A stretch of 64,000 nt of DNA from Vampirovibrio chlorellavorus (GCA_903866275.1 CAIPMU010000004.1:3812-67811), one strand, 5' to 3'; counted from the first letter of the stretch, positions 39,886 to 50,217 are shown. Notes: generated by a model from the letters alone, not told the origin. A program made the numbers and translations.

Positions 39886-41232
39886 TCATTCCTTTGAATC
39901 GATTGTTTTGGATTCAGCACCCATGGCCGCGAAATAATTCTGGCAGGCCAAATCCAGCAGGGCTTCTGTCATTCGTGGTAATTCTCGACGATAGGCTGCC
40001 GTGTTGAGAATCTGCTCCAGCAGATCGCGCGGCTGGCAGCCTCGAAATGGCCGCTTTCCCCGGTAATGGGTGTTCACCAGATACTCAAACGCGGTCGCCT
40101 CAAAGGGGATGTTGTATTTTTGGCACAGCTTTTCAAAGATCTGCCGGAATTCAGCCTGAGTGGGGTCCTTGACATGGATTTTATAGGGGATTCGACGCAG
40201 AAAAGCGTCATCCACCAGCGATTTTGGATCGAGGTTGGTGGAAAAGATGATGAGTTCGTCAAAGGGTACAGCAATTTTCTGGCCATTGGGCAATACCAGA
40301 AAGTCTACACGTTTTTCCAGCGGCACAATCCAGCGATTCAGCAGATCGATGTGCGAGACACGCTGCCGCCCGAAGTCATCAATCAGAAACACCCCGCCGT
40401 TGGCCTTCATCTGCAGGGGGGCCTCCGAGATACGCAAAATCGGATTGTACTTGATTTCCAGTGACTCCATGGTCAGTTCCCCGCCCACCATTACCACCGG
40501 GCGACGAATCTCGATCCAGCGTGGATCATATTTGGCGATCAGGGAAGGGATTTCCTGGGACTCGGTGGGCTCATGATTCTGTGGATCGTATAACTGGAGA
40601 ATCTGACCTTCCACATAGATGGCCTTGGGAATATAAATGTTGTTGCTAAAGCACTGGGCCAGCTTTTCTGCGATCGTGGTCTTGCCGTTACCCGGCTCGC
40701 CATACAAAAACAGCCCTCGCCCGGAATTCACTGCCGGACCAATGGTTTCAAACAGGTCGACATCAAAGACCAGATCCTGAAAGGCTTTGCTGAGTACCGC
40801 ATAATCGGGTTTTTCATTGCGAATCGATTGCGCCTGAATTCCTCGAAGATAATCTTCAAAAGGGACCGGAGCAGCGCCCGCATAGGCCGATATTTCTCGC
40901 GCCAGCATCGCCTTTTCCTGGCCGCTTTCCGTGAGCATGTAAATAAAATCGCCCACACCGGAGTTGCTTTTGTGAAACAGAAACAGGCGGTTTTTCAGGT
41001 CACACAGTATGGGCTCAACCACCCCAAAATGCAAACAGAGCTCAGCGGCGATGTCCCGCCCGGTCAGAGCACCTTTGGCCAGTAAAACTTTAAAAATCAA
41101 CTCCTCAATGAGCACCTGGGTGAGACCGGTATCCTCCAGTGTTTTGGCCACGGGGGGCGTAAAGCGTCCGGCGGTTTGATGTATCGCCGGGAAGACTTGG
41201 GTCACTTGCTCATGGAAAGACGGTAACGACAT
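39886..41232 (-). CDS. AAA-family ATPase with N-terminal winged-helix-like region
   Basis: Walker A GEPGNGKT, Walker B FLIDDFGRQ, STNLDP, AFLRRI. Confidence 0.88.
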   Translation of the reverse strand: MSLPSFHEQVTQVFPAIHQTAGRFTPPVAKTLEDTGLTQVLIEELIFKVLLAKGALTGRDIAAELCLHFGVVEPILCDLKNRLFLFHKSNSGVGDFIYMLTESGQEKAMLAREISAYAGAAPVPFEDYLRGIQAQSIRNEKPDYAVLSKAFQDLVFDVDLFETIGPAVNSGRGLFLYGEPGNGKTTIAEKLAQCFSNNIYIPKAIYVEGQILQLYDPQNHEPTESQEIPSLIAKYDPRWIEIRRPVVMVGGELTMESLEIKYNPILRISEAPLQMKANGGVFLIDDFGRQRVSHIDLLNRWIVPLEKRVDFLVLPNGQKIAVPFDELIIFSTNLDPKSLVDDAFLRRIPYKIHVKDPTQAEFRQIFEKLCQKYNIPFEATAFEYLVNTHYRGKRPFRGCQPRDLLEQILNTAAYRRELPRMTEALLDLACQNYFAAMGAESKTIDSKE

Positions 41233-41402
41233 ATAACATCCTATCATTCAATTCAAATGATTCCATTTAAAATAGCGCTGTCGATACTGATTCAGAGCCT
41301 GCCTTGTGTATTTTGATTGAATGCGGCGCAACATCAAGCCCAAGTGTATTGCTCATCATCCGACATCCCAATGAATCTGTTACTCAATATACTTGGGTTG
41401 TT

Positions 41403-41428
41403 ATGCCCCATAACGCCAGTTTGAAAAC
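41403..41428 (-). promoter_or_regulatory. Putative sigmaB/SigF-type promoter (ATPase)
   Basis: GTTT-N16-GGGCAT on minus strand. Confidence 0.4.
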
Positions 41429-41465
41429 CATTCTTTAAGTGCATGTAACATTCCTAGAGAAACAG

Positions 41466-41492
41466 GTTTAATGAGGTCTCTGGAATGGGTAT
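41466..41492 (+). promoter_or_regulatory. Putative sigmaB/SigF-type promoter (tadG-like genes)
   Basis: GTTTAA-N15-GGGTAT. Confidence 0.55.
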
Positions 41493-41604
41493 ATATGCAT
41501 TAGCCTTTAGGATTCAGCAAGTAGTGAAGTGATGATCAGGCCTGTGGTTTTTAACCCCCTCAGAACTGACGTTGTGGTTTTTATTAAGTATTGAGGAAGC
41601 CTTT

Positions 41605-42963
41605 ATGGGAATTTTGATCCGTGTATCCTCCAATGGAGGCGCATTGAACCTGTTAAGCGTGGCGCTGGTTGTACTGGGCCTCAGTGCCTCTGTTTTTGCT
41701 ATTGACTTGCCAGTTTACTTTAATGCACGCAACCAATTGCAAACTTCTGTGGATGCCGCAGCTTTAGCCGGGGCGGCCAGCTTGCCGGTCAGTACCGCCA
41801 AGGCTCAGGCCGATGCCTATCAGGTGGCCGCGTTGAACCCTATTGGCAAAATCAGTATTCAACCTACTGATTTAAGCTATATTTCCACTCAAAGCAAGTT
41901 CACCGTCACCGGGAAGGTCGAAGTCCCTACCTTTGTCGGCAAACTACTCTGTGCTTTTTCCGGGAAAATGGGCACCCACTTTGATGATGGAACGGGAACC
42001 ACCACGGGCGCTACCGGGACTACCAGTACCGGAACTGCCACGGTCAGTACGCAAGGCTGTAACACCATGACGGTGGTGGCCTCTTCCTCTGCAGCACCTG
42101 CTGCACGCGACACCATTCTGGTCATTGACACGTCCAGTTCCATGGATGATCTGGGGCACAACCGCCCGCTGGCCGATGTGGAAGCGGCAGCAAACAACTA
42201 CATCGCCACCATTGCCGCCCTCAACAACACGTCTGTGGATCGCATTGCGCTGGTGACCTTTAACCAGACCGGCACCCTGCAAGTACCCCTTACCGCGCAA
42301 ACGGATTCTCCCGGTTTTGCCAAGGTAAAAAGCGCCGTGAGTTCCATACGACTTTTCAGCGGGATTGGCTGGAACACGAACTACGAAGCCGGTCTTCATA
42401 CCGCACTGGATGAAATGCAAAAAAATGGCCGCCAGAATGCGGAAAAAACCATTATCTTCATGACTGACGGAATGCCAAACCTGCCTGCACCGGCCAGTTA
42501 TTACCTGTATAACAAAAATGAACCCTACCGCAAATGCTCCGATTCGGTGAACAACTCAGCGGTCGTCAAGGCACTTTGTGTGGTCAAAAACGGGCAAAAA
42601 GTCTGCCCCACCCTGCCCAACACCGCCATCACCACGAGTATGATTTCCAGTACGGATTTTCAGTGCGCCACCAACTATGTCAATACCATGCAGGAGCTCA
42701 CCAACTCGCAAACCGATCGGGCCAAAACGATGGATGTGACCATTGATACGATCGTTATCAACGATACCAACAATTACGACAACGCCACGGAAATTCTGCG
42801 CCGCATGATCAAGGATGAAACCTGGTCTCCGGATCAGCTGGCCTATATGGCTACTACCACCAAGGGACAGCAATACTCGGCTCTAAACTATGATGCAACG
42901 GCCATTAAAAACATCTATCAGGCCATCTCACAAAATATCCGCATCAAGTTAACCGCGCAATAA
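41605..42963 (+). CDS. TadG-like pilus protein with VWA domain
   Basis: AID...QLQTSVDAAALAGA Tad motif; VWA MIDAS DTSSSM, TNY, MTDG. Confidence 0.88.
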   Translation: MGILIRVSSNGGALNLLSVALVVLGLSASVFAIDLPVYFNARNQLQTSVDAAALAGAASLPVSTAKAQADAYQVAALNPIGKISIQPTDLSYISTQSKFTVTGKVEVPTFVGKLLCAFSGKMGTHFDDGTGTTTGATGTTSTGTATVSTQGCNTMTVVASSSAAPAARDTILVIDTSSSMDDLGHNRPLADVEAAANNYIATIAALNNTSVDRIALVTFNQTGTLQVPLTAQTDSPGFAKVKSAVSSIRLFSGIGWNTNYEAGLHTALDEMQKNGRQNAEKTIIFMTDGMPNLPAPASYYLYNKNEPYRKCSDSVNNSAVVKALCVVKNGQKVCPTLPNTAITTSMISSTDFQCATNYVNTMQELTNSQTDRAKTMDVTIDTIVINDTNNYDNATEILRRMIKDETWSPDQLAYMATTTKGQQYSALNYDATAIKNIYQAISQNIRIKLTAQ

Positions 42964-43001
42964 TACCGATTCAGCCTCAAACGATACAGGAGGTCCCCTC
43001 G

Positions 43002-43226
43002 ATGTCATCGATCAAAAAACAAGCCGCAAGCCTGGGTCTGATCATTGCACTAGCTGCTTGCCTGACCTGCGGGAACCAGGGCTGGGCGACGGACAACTTG
43101 TCCCAAAGCACCACCCTGCATGGGTTTATCCCCACCGGAATTATCAGCAGTGTACTCGATGACATCCCCGAGTGTGAAGATTCCGACGGGGACGGCGAGT
43201 GCGACGTCAATCCACCTTCGGAGTAA
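43002..43226 (+). CDS. Small secreted acidic protein
   Basis: AGGAGG SD, signal peptide, C-terminal CEDSDGDGEC. Confidence 0.65.
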   Translation: MSSIKKQAASLGLIIALAACLTCGNQGWATDNLSQSTTLHGFIPTGIISSVLDDIPECEDSDGDGECDVNPPSE

Positions 43227-43332
43227 GCCGAACAAATTCCGCCAGAGCCATTCCGCTCCCCTCAAAGTCTAAAAATCAGGTAAACTGTTTCTGGAGTTAG
43301 TTGCATCAAATGCTGCGGGGAACAGGTACTCT

Positions 43333-44466
43333 GTGTTGAGGTTCTATATCGGTTTGCAAACAAAGCCACTCGGACGGCCCCGCCAGGCCGGGTATCAGGT
43401 CATGCAAATCTTTGGGATGATCCTGATAGGCATCATGATGTCTGCTTTGGCCATTGATTTTGGGTATTATTACGCCACCAGCAACACCATTCGCACCGCC
43501 GCCGATAGCGCGGCGCTGGCCGCAGTGGGGGAACTGGTGCGAGATAATGCCGGTGTTCCGGCTACCCGGCTCCGGCATGCAAGAATTCAGGCACAGGTTT
43601 ACCTGCATCAGAATCAGCCCAATTTGGACCTGCAATCGGAAGATCTCGTCTTTGGCTATATCAATCCGGCCAGCAAGACTTACCACCGCAATACCTTTGC
43701 CACCCCCACCGCGGATCCGAATTTTGCACAAACCGATGGCTTTAACGCGGTTTGGGTGAAGATACGCAAGACCCTGGATAGCCCCAACGGGCCATTAAAA
43801 CCCATTGTGGGCAATCTGATCGGCATTCACGGCATGGCCCTGGAAGCCACCTCGGTGGCCCTGGTCGATCAGGCAATTCAGGAAATGAATAAGGCCGGGG
43901 TTCGTCCGCTGGCGGCCTGTGAGGCTCATCTGGCCCAGGCCATGCAGGATGGCATTCTGGAAAATAACACGGTACGGTTTTATGGCGACCATGTCACGTT
44001 AGACGGGGCGGACAACCTCAGCGCTTGCCCAAACAAGGGAACCGGAAACTGGAGCTTTCTGGATTTAACCGGCTGCGAGAGCGGAAAGCCAGACGCCTCA
44101 GTGATGCGGGACTGGATGGGTGGCGGCTATAGCGGCACTGTTCAGTCGCAGCAATGCCACAACACCCGATCCGGAGAGTTTATCACCAGTTTGGGGGAAA
44201 GCATGAACAGCCTGATCGCCCGTCGATTAGTCTTTCCCATTCCGCTCTACCGGAGCTGGAGCGGGAGTGGTACCACAGGACAAGTTATGGTCACGGGGTT
44301 TACCGGATTTCAAATTACCGGATACAACAATAATCGGGGCGCAGACAGTTACATTGAAGGTCATTTTGCCCGCTATATCTGTAAACAGGGTTGCCACTCC
44401 CGTACAACAGCAAGCAGTACAGTCCCCGGCTCCGTCGTCAAATTGCGTCTGGCCTCGCGCTCCTAG
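43333..44466 (+). CDS. TadG-like pilus assembly protein
   Basis: ALAIDFG...IRTAADSAALAAV, NAVWV, GNW, VTGFTGFQITG, VKL C-terminus. Confidence 0.85.
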   Translation: MLRFYIGLQTKPLGRPRQAGYQVMQIFGMILIGIMMSALAIDFGYYYATSNTIRTAADSAALAAVGELVRDNAGVPATRLRHARIQAQVYLHQNQPNLDLQSEDLVFGYINPASKTYHRNTFATPTADPNFAQTDGFNAVWVKIRKTLDSPNGPLKPIVGNLIGIHGMALEATSVALVDQAIQEMNKAGVRPLAACEAHLAQAMQDGILENNTVRFYGDHVTLDGADNLSACPNKGTGNWSFLDLTGCESGKPDASVMRDWMGGGYSGTVQSQQCHNTRSGEFITSLGESMNSLIARRLVFPIPLYRSWSGSGTTGQVMVTGFTGFQITGYNNNRGADSYIEGHFARYICKQGCHSRTTASSTVPGSVVKLRLASRS

Positions 44467-44515
44467 CTAAAGCACGATCAGGCTTGTTGAATCAATTTGA
44501 ACGGTTGCGAGCTGT

Positions 44516-45739
44516 CTAGTGACTCCGACGGCAAAGGACATGATAGATGGCTTTGGCCACCGGCACGCCATCCAGAATGTATTCGGCGGACAATTCGCCT
44601 TCCAGTGTCTGGTCGTCTACATAAGACACCATCAGACTCTCGTTGCGCTTCCAGAGGGTATTGGTTTCGTAGTGATAACTGGTATTGATAATCGTCATGC
44701 TGCCATAAATCCGCTCCGGTAACTCGGAAATGCGGAAGAGACGAACCCGTTCGGATTCGATGTTGATGCCAAAGTTATCATAGAGCACTTCGACCAGACT
44801 GCCGGTTTCCATCCAGTCGCCACAGAATTTCGTGGCATCGAAAGGAGTGGTCAGCGAAGCAATGCGCTCTTCCATCTGCTGAACATGATGTTTCATCATG
44901 TCATTGCGCTGCTTTTCCTGCTGAACTTCCTCCTGCCTGGCCTGAATCATTTTTTCGCTGTCCAGCAGTTGCTTGTGCAGGCGTGATTTTTCTTCCAGCA
45001 ATTTGAACTTTTCGTTCTCATTCTGATTCTTGCGCAGTTCATTAATCTGCCCGGCCATCTCTCTCACCTTGTTATGAAACAGGCTGTTGGCACTGTAAAG
45101 GTGAGAGTTCAGCTTTTCGGTTTCCAGTAATTTTTTGTAGAGCTGATCTTTTTCACGGTTCAGGCGGTTGACCAGATTGATCACGTTGGCCGCACCGTCT
45201 CCCAACTGATCACCACGCAAATTGGGGCGCTTTGGAATGGCCGCATAAGGACTTTTATTCAAAGTTTTGGCGGAAGCCACAGGGGCAGATGGTTGTTGCG
45301 ACTGTGGCGCCTGCGGTTGGGTAAAACCGGCGGGTCGTTGCGAGACCGAATTCACCGAAGGCACTTCAGGCATTGATGGATTCGGAGACAGAGGCGGCGC
45401 AAGAGGTATGCTATCCAGCGCAGGGCCACCCACTGAAGCCATTACAGGAACCGGGGATGCTATCTGAGGACGAGACGCCTCGATAGGGGGCAGGTTGATG
45501 ATTTCCAAAATCTCAGTAATGGTTCTGCCCAGCGCCAGGTGCTTTTTAATATTTTTAAAAAGATTCACATGGTGGGGACTGTATTGCTTACGGCCGTACT
45601 CGTCTACTGGAATTTCCAGTTGAAGGGCTTTTTCCCAGTCCAACAGGTCAGATTCCTGAATATCGTATTTTTTCAAGGCTTCCAGAGCGGTATCTACGGT
45701 ATACAAAGGCAGGCTCCCCATTAAATGCTGTGCTCCCAC
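44516..45739 (-). CDS. MerR-type HTH + Pro-rich linker + coiled-coil protein
   Basis: LLDWEKAL...GRKQYSPHHVNLFKNIK...GRTITEI; long coiled coil; beta-rich C-terminus. Confidence 0.75.
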   Translation of the reverse strand: MGAQHLMGSLPLYTVDTALEALKKYDIQESDLLDWEKALQLEIPVDEYGRKQYSPHHVNLFKNIKKHLALGRTITEILEIINLPPIEASRPQIASPVPVMASVGGPALDSIPLAPPLSPNPSMPEVPSVNSVSQRPAGFTQPQAPQSQQPSAPVASAKTLNKSPYAAIPKRPNLRGDQLGDGAANVINLVNRLNREKDQLYKKLLETEKLNSHLYSANSLFHNKVREMAGQINELRKNQNENEKFKLLEEKSRLHKQLLDSEKMIQARQEEVQQEKQRNDMMKHHVQQMEERIASLTTPFDATKFCGDWMETGSLVEVLYDNFGINIESERVRLFRISELPERIYGSMTIINTSYHYETNTLWKRNESLMVSYVDDQTLEGELSAEYILDGVPVAKAIYHVLCRRSH

Positions 45740-45833
45740 TATCCTATTATAAGGGAATTCGCCCTTCTGTAAATGTTACACGCGTAACATCATACAAACA
45801 GAGGAAGCAGATCCCTGAAAGGGGAAGTGAGCG

Positions 45834-46952
45834 TTACTTGATTGGGTTGATAAACGTGTTATTGACATCATTAATCAGGATAAAGCCGATCAGGGCCAGC
45901 ATGCCCAGAAAGCCAAGCTGGGTGACTTTTTCCCGAAAATTCTGATTCACCGGTGAACCTTTGAGCGCCTCAATCAGCAGGAAAAAGACGTGTCCCCCGT
46001 CCAGCGCGGGAATCGGTAGCAGGTTCATCACCGCGAGAATGATACTGATAATCGAGGTCAGCATCAGGCCAGTTTGAATGCCGTTCTGATTGATCAGTTC
46101 GGCCCCCTGGTCCACGATACGAATGGGGCCAGCAAGCTCGTTGAGGGCCATTTTACCTGAAAACAACTTTCCGAAAGCCTCAAATTGCTTTTCAATGACA
46201 TTGCCGAGAAAGGAGGTAGTTCTACTGGCCCCATCCAGCGGATCGCTAATGGGGTCGTACTTCTGGATTGCAGCCAGTTTAATACCTACCCTGCCTTCAG
46301 CGTTGGGAGTGATCTGCAGCGTTTCCACTTTCCCTTTTCGTTGAACAAGCAAGGGAATCTGCTGGTTTTTATAAGCTTTAAACAAGCCCTGGACTTGTTT
46401 TGCCATCGATTCATAATTTTTGCCTGCCACGGTAACGTTGGCCACCTGCTTGATTTCATCGCCTTTTTCAAGGCCTGCGAGAGCAGCGGGAGCGCTGGCG
46501 CTCAATACATCACCCACGAGGACTTTCTTTTCAGCTTCTGTGGTGGGATAACCCCAATTCATAAACACAAAAAACAACAGCACCCAGCCCAAAATGGCAT
46601 TGACAGTGACGCCAGCCAGCATGACGGCCAAACGCGCGCCCAAGCTGGCATTTTCAAACCGCTCCGGGGATTCCGGGGGCAGCGGGTTTTCCGGATCATC
46701 ATCCGGGAAGGCCACATAGCCACCAAAAAGACAGGCGTGGATACAGTATTCGACATCACCAATTTTTTTGGACCAGAGGGTCGGTCCAAAGGGCAGGCCA
46801 AAGCCAAACCGTTCCACTTTAATGCCACAACGCCGGGCAACCAGAAAATGGCCCATTTCGTGAGCAATAATCAGGACGCTGATAAAAATCAGCATGGTCA
46901 GGATGGAACCAATCCGGGACAGATCGGGAATTGCCATCATTTCATAGAACAT
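45834..46952 (-). CDS. rseP: RIP metalloprotease RseP
   Basis: HEMGH, FGGYVAF, PDZ domain, NLLPIPALDGGH. Confidence 0.95.
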   Translation of the reverse strand: MFYEMMAIPDLSRIGSILTMLIFISVLIIAHEMGHFLVARRCGIKVERFGFGLPFGPTLWSKKIGDVEYCIHACLFGGYVAFPDDDPENPLPPESPERFENASLGARLAVMLAGVTVNAILGWVLLFFVFMNWGYPTTEAEKKVLVGDVLSASAPAALAGLEKGDEIKQVANVTVAGKNYESMAKQVQGLFKAYKNQQIPLLVQRKGKVETLQITPNAEGRVGIKLAAIQKYDPISDPLDGASRTTSFLGNVIEKQFEAFGKLFSGKMALNELAGPIRIVDQGAELINQNGIQTGLMLTSIISIILAVMNLLPIPALDGGHVFFLLIEALKGSPVNQNFREKVTQLGFLGMLALIGFILINDVNNTFINPIK

Positions 46953-47099
46953 GGTCCAAGCGCCTCATTTCAAATGGAGGTATGCATTTTCAGAATAGAT
47001 CCACACACCTTGCCCTATTCTAGCAAAGCATTGCCATAGTCCCAAACCCTTTTAAGAATTCACGAACGGATTATCCCCCGCTTCAAGCGCGAGGCCAAA

Positions 47100-48257
47100 T
47101 CATTGACCACCCCAAAGGGCATCCAGCAAGCGCTGAATCACCCAGGCACTCGCGGCAAAACTGATGGCCATCGTGATCATGCCAGAATGCCAGAGTCGAG
47201 GCCAAAAGCCCGGATAGGCATGCGGCCTCAGGCGATATTGCTCCAATAACTCACGCCCCGCTTTCAAGCCACTTTCCAGTTGGGCATCCGTTGGAACCTG
47301 GGTGGTAAAGTGCGTCTGTAGCCAAATGCCTACACGTTGCCAGTTCTTCCAGACCAGAGCCAGCCCTCCCAGGCCATAGAGCCATTGTCCCAGTGGATTC
47401 ATGGCGTGACCGCTGGTATACAGAAACAGTCCCACCAACTGCAGTCCGGCTAACAGCACCATTAAATTGGTCCCACAGCGAGGATGCGCGCGGGATTGTT
47501 GTCGGACTACCGGCAAGGTCACAGGGAGATCTCGCTCAATGGCGTTGATGGTCATATGTTCTGCCGCATGAAGCCCGGACATGGGGGACAGGCGAAGAAG
47601 CATCAGCAGGGTACACAACATCAATCCCGTATCTATAGTTAACTGGAGTCCCTCTCCCATGTGGGCCAACACGGGAAATACAGCCGTCAGGGCGCTATAA
47701 ACAACCAAAATCCAGAGATCCAGAACATGCGCCACCACCCCGAAGAGCAATCCGGTGGCAATCAATCCCTGCCATCCGGCCCCGGCAGTATAGGCGCCCG
47801 AGGTCATGTAAACCCCCAAGGGGGTGGCTAACCCACCAATACGCACGGGGCGTGGATGACCGCTCATAAAATCAATCAGGCGCTGACGACTGGCGCAGAA
47901 TCCGGTATAACGCCCTTGAAAATCCACCAGCGGTATATAAGCACAAGGGTGCTGGGCAAAATGCATCTGAGCATGGGCAAGTGTGCTTCCGGCTACCAGC
48001 CTGGGGAAATCCGAGAGCAGTTGGCCAATGGGAACTTCAGGATCGGGTTCAGCCGACATGGCCAGCACTCCTATCAGTCGTTTTCGGGCATCCACCACCG
48101 GCTGAATGGGGAATCCATCGCAGGGTTGGCCCGACTTGGCGAGCGTTCCGGGCTTGCGAACCGCGCGAACCGGTTCACCCAGAACAGAAACAGGCAAATC
48201 GGCGTATAATGCAGTCGCTGTGGCGAAAGGCTCAGTCGAGCTCATCAGGGATGACAT
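47100..48257 (-). CDS. DUF1385 membrane protein with N-terminal CBS-like pair
   Basis: IGGLATPLGV, HAAEH, SRAHPRCGT, TTQVPTDAQLE; PVVD...LIG and PLVD...YTG CBS-like motifs; start uncertain. Confidence 0.78.
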   Translation of the reverse strand: MSSLMSSTEPFATATALYADLPVSVLGEPVRAVRKPGTLAKSGQPCDGFPIQPVVDARKRLIGVLAMSAEPDPEVPIGQLLSDFPRLVAGSTLAHAQMHFAQHPCAYIPLVDFQGRYTGFCASRQRLIDFMSGHPRPVRIGGLATPLGVYMTSGAYTAGAGWQGLIATGLLFGVVAHVLDLWILVVYSALTAVFPVLAHMGEGLQLTIDTGLMLCTLLMLLRLSPMSGLHAAEHMTINAIERDLPVTLPVVRQQSRAHPRCGTNLMVLLAGLQLVGLFLYTSGHAMNPLGQWLYGLGGLALVWKNWQRVGIWLQTHFTTQVPTDAQLESGLKAGRELLEQYRLRPHAYPGFWPRLWHSGMITMAISFAASAWVIQRLLDALWGGQ

Positions 48258-48423
48258 CCTAACGGAAAATCCAAAGAGGAGCCCCGGCATGACACTGAAA
48301 CCGGCAAACTGGACCAGATTCAGTGCATCACGGGCGATACCTCATTATAGGGCCTTTTTCAGAAACAGCTATCTCAAGGCGAACGATACGTTCAAAGCTG
48401 CATTATTCAGCGCGCTGACTTCC

Positions 48424-48657
48424 CTAACCCACTTTCAGGTTGGCATCCGCAATCAGCCGATTAAAATAGCTCATATGCCGCGGTGGTCCTTCCACACGAA
48501 TGTTGAAGGCCTGAATCTCGTGATTTTCTGCGTAAATGGGATCAATGGCACTGATGGCGACCTTTTGCACTTTTTGAACATATTTGTTCAGCAAGCCAAT
48601 TTTCGGGCTCACCCGCAAATGCTCGGTCACAAAATGATCTGGTACGTTAACTTCCAT
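48424..48657 (-). CDS. Small hypothetical protein (77 aa)
   Basis: ORF with AGGTG SD in an otherwise empty gap. Confidence 0.55.
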   Translation of the reverse strand: MEVNVPDHFVTEHLRVSPKIGLLNKYVQKVQKVAISAIDPIYAENHEIQAFNIRVEGPPRHMSYFNRLIADANLKVG

Positions 48658-49089
48658 GGGTCACACACCTATTGACTGTGGTTTTTGGGTCACTAGACTG
48701 GGCTACACACTGCATCGTTTTTGAATTTATGGTCTTACATCGGTTTTCGGCAAGTCAGCAGAATCAATCAGTTGTGCTGAGGATTGCCAGGATTTAAATG
48801 GATAGGGTCGAAAAATGGGATGAAAATTGGGAAATTTAAAATAACCAACTAACCGGTATCATGCTTACATCGTATAAATTTGGGTGCTTAAACCTAGTAA
48901 AAAGTAATAACCATTCCCTTGGGCTTGGGGTTTTCATTACTACTACTAACAATAGCAGTTCAAGCCTCTGCATACATTATACTAACAGACGATTTTTTGG
49001 GTTTATCTTGTTACAAAACGAAACGCAATGTTACATAACTTTGTGCATGAACCGATGTGACCCGGATAGATCAGGGCAGCACCATCCAG

Positions 49090-49131
49090 AAAAAGAGAAC
49101 ACCCACCCAACAACAGCGGGCGGGTGTTCTC
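49090..49131 (-). terminator. Intrinsic terminator of tal
   Basis: GAGAACACCCACCC...GGGCGGGTGTTCTC, T run on minus strand. Confidence 0.75.
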
Positions 49132-49152
49132 GTTGACCAGAAAAGCTGGAAA

Positions 49153-49815
49153 TCAAACGGCCAATGGGGCGTTCAGTTTTTCCCAATCTGCCTTAAAGGC
49201 TGCCATCCCTTTTTCCGTTAGGGGATGGTCGTACATTTGCTTCAGCACCTTGAAGGGAATGGTGGAAATATCAGCACCGGCGGCGGCGGCCTGTGTCACG
49301 TGTAACGGATGACGAATGCTGGCAGCCAGAATCTGGCTATCGAACCCATGCAGGCGCATCAGGTCCACCGATTCGGCAATGATCTGCATGCCGTCAAACC
49401 CAATATCATCCAGACGTCCCACAAAGGAACTGATCAGCGTTGCTCCTGCGTTGGCAGCCAGAAGCACCTGATTAGTGGAGAACACCAGGGTAACGTTGGT
49501 CGGGATATTGTTCTGACTGAACCATTTCACCGCCTTCATCCCTTCCAGACAGAAGGGCACCTTGACGTAGATATTATGCGCCCAGGTTGCAAATTCCTTG
49601 CCCTCGGCGATCATGCCTTCGGCGGTTTCGCTCACCACCTCCATACTCACCGGACCCTCTGGCACCAGTGCGCAGATTTCGCGAATGACGCCTTTGACAT
49701 CCCCGCTACCATTCTTGGCCAGAAGGGTGGGGTTGGTGGTCACCCCGGAAATCACACCCCAGGAAGCGGCTTCCCGGATTTCTTTCAAATCGGCTGTATC
49801 AACAAATAGTTTCAT
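49153..49815 (-). CDS. tal: Transaldolase (short MipB/TalC type)
   Basis: MKLFVDTAD, GVTTNPTL, VKVP, ASIRHPLHV; SMEV Glu and SSFVGR Phe point to transaldolase rather than FSA. Confidence 0.92.
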   Translation of the reverse strand: MKLFVDTADLKEIREAASWGVISGVTTNPTLLAKNGSGDVKGVIREICALVPEGPVSMEVVSETAEGMIAEGKEFATWAHNIYVKVPFCLEGMKAVKWFSQNNIPTNVTLVFSTNQVLLAANAGATLISSFVGRLDDIGFDGMQIIAESVDLMRLHGFDSQILAASIRHPLHVTQAAAAGADISTIPFKVLKQMYDHPLTEKGMAAFKADWEKLNAPLAV

Positions 49816-50217
49816 CGTGGCTGGGTCCCTGTTCTCTACTGAAAATTCTGAGTACGGAATGGATTGTCCAAGGCATTCAAAGGGGCAAGAAACCGGAAAC
49901 ACCCCCAAACTGACCGTTCAGGCGGCCAGTGTTTGCAGGACATAGCATACCCCAATCCTGCAGCCCTGCAAAGCCTACACCCACTCTTAAAATGGAGATT
50001 GCCGTTCATCAGGCAGAGCGCAGATGGAACCATGCAAAGCCAGTATAAAATATCACCCGGTACCTATTGTCCGGTTAAAAAACAATCAATTGGGCTAGTG
50101 TATCAGGAGGATGCCAGAAAGCACGTTCCCGCGGACAATGGAAAGGTGTTCAAACGCATTCAGCCGCCTGAATGGTCGCGCTTGAACGATTGGGATTTCA
50201 AGGGAAGTGAGGGATGC

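Noticed and set aside
23850-47039. Long antisense ORFs (23850-24620, 27377-28150, 38503-39228, 46185-47039; also 492-1139)
   Set aside because: Each overlaps a well-supported gene on the opposite strand and lacks motifs
20781-50173. Shared 11-mer GCCGCCTGAAT at 20781 and 50163
   Set aside because: 11-mer matches are expected by chance in 64 kb
49864-50217. N-terminal 118 aa of the ORF-track protease call
   Set aside because: TTG start spans the divergent promoter region; signal peptide and paralog alignment begin at ATG 50218
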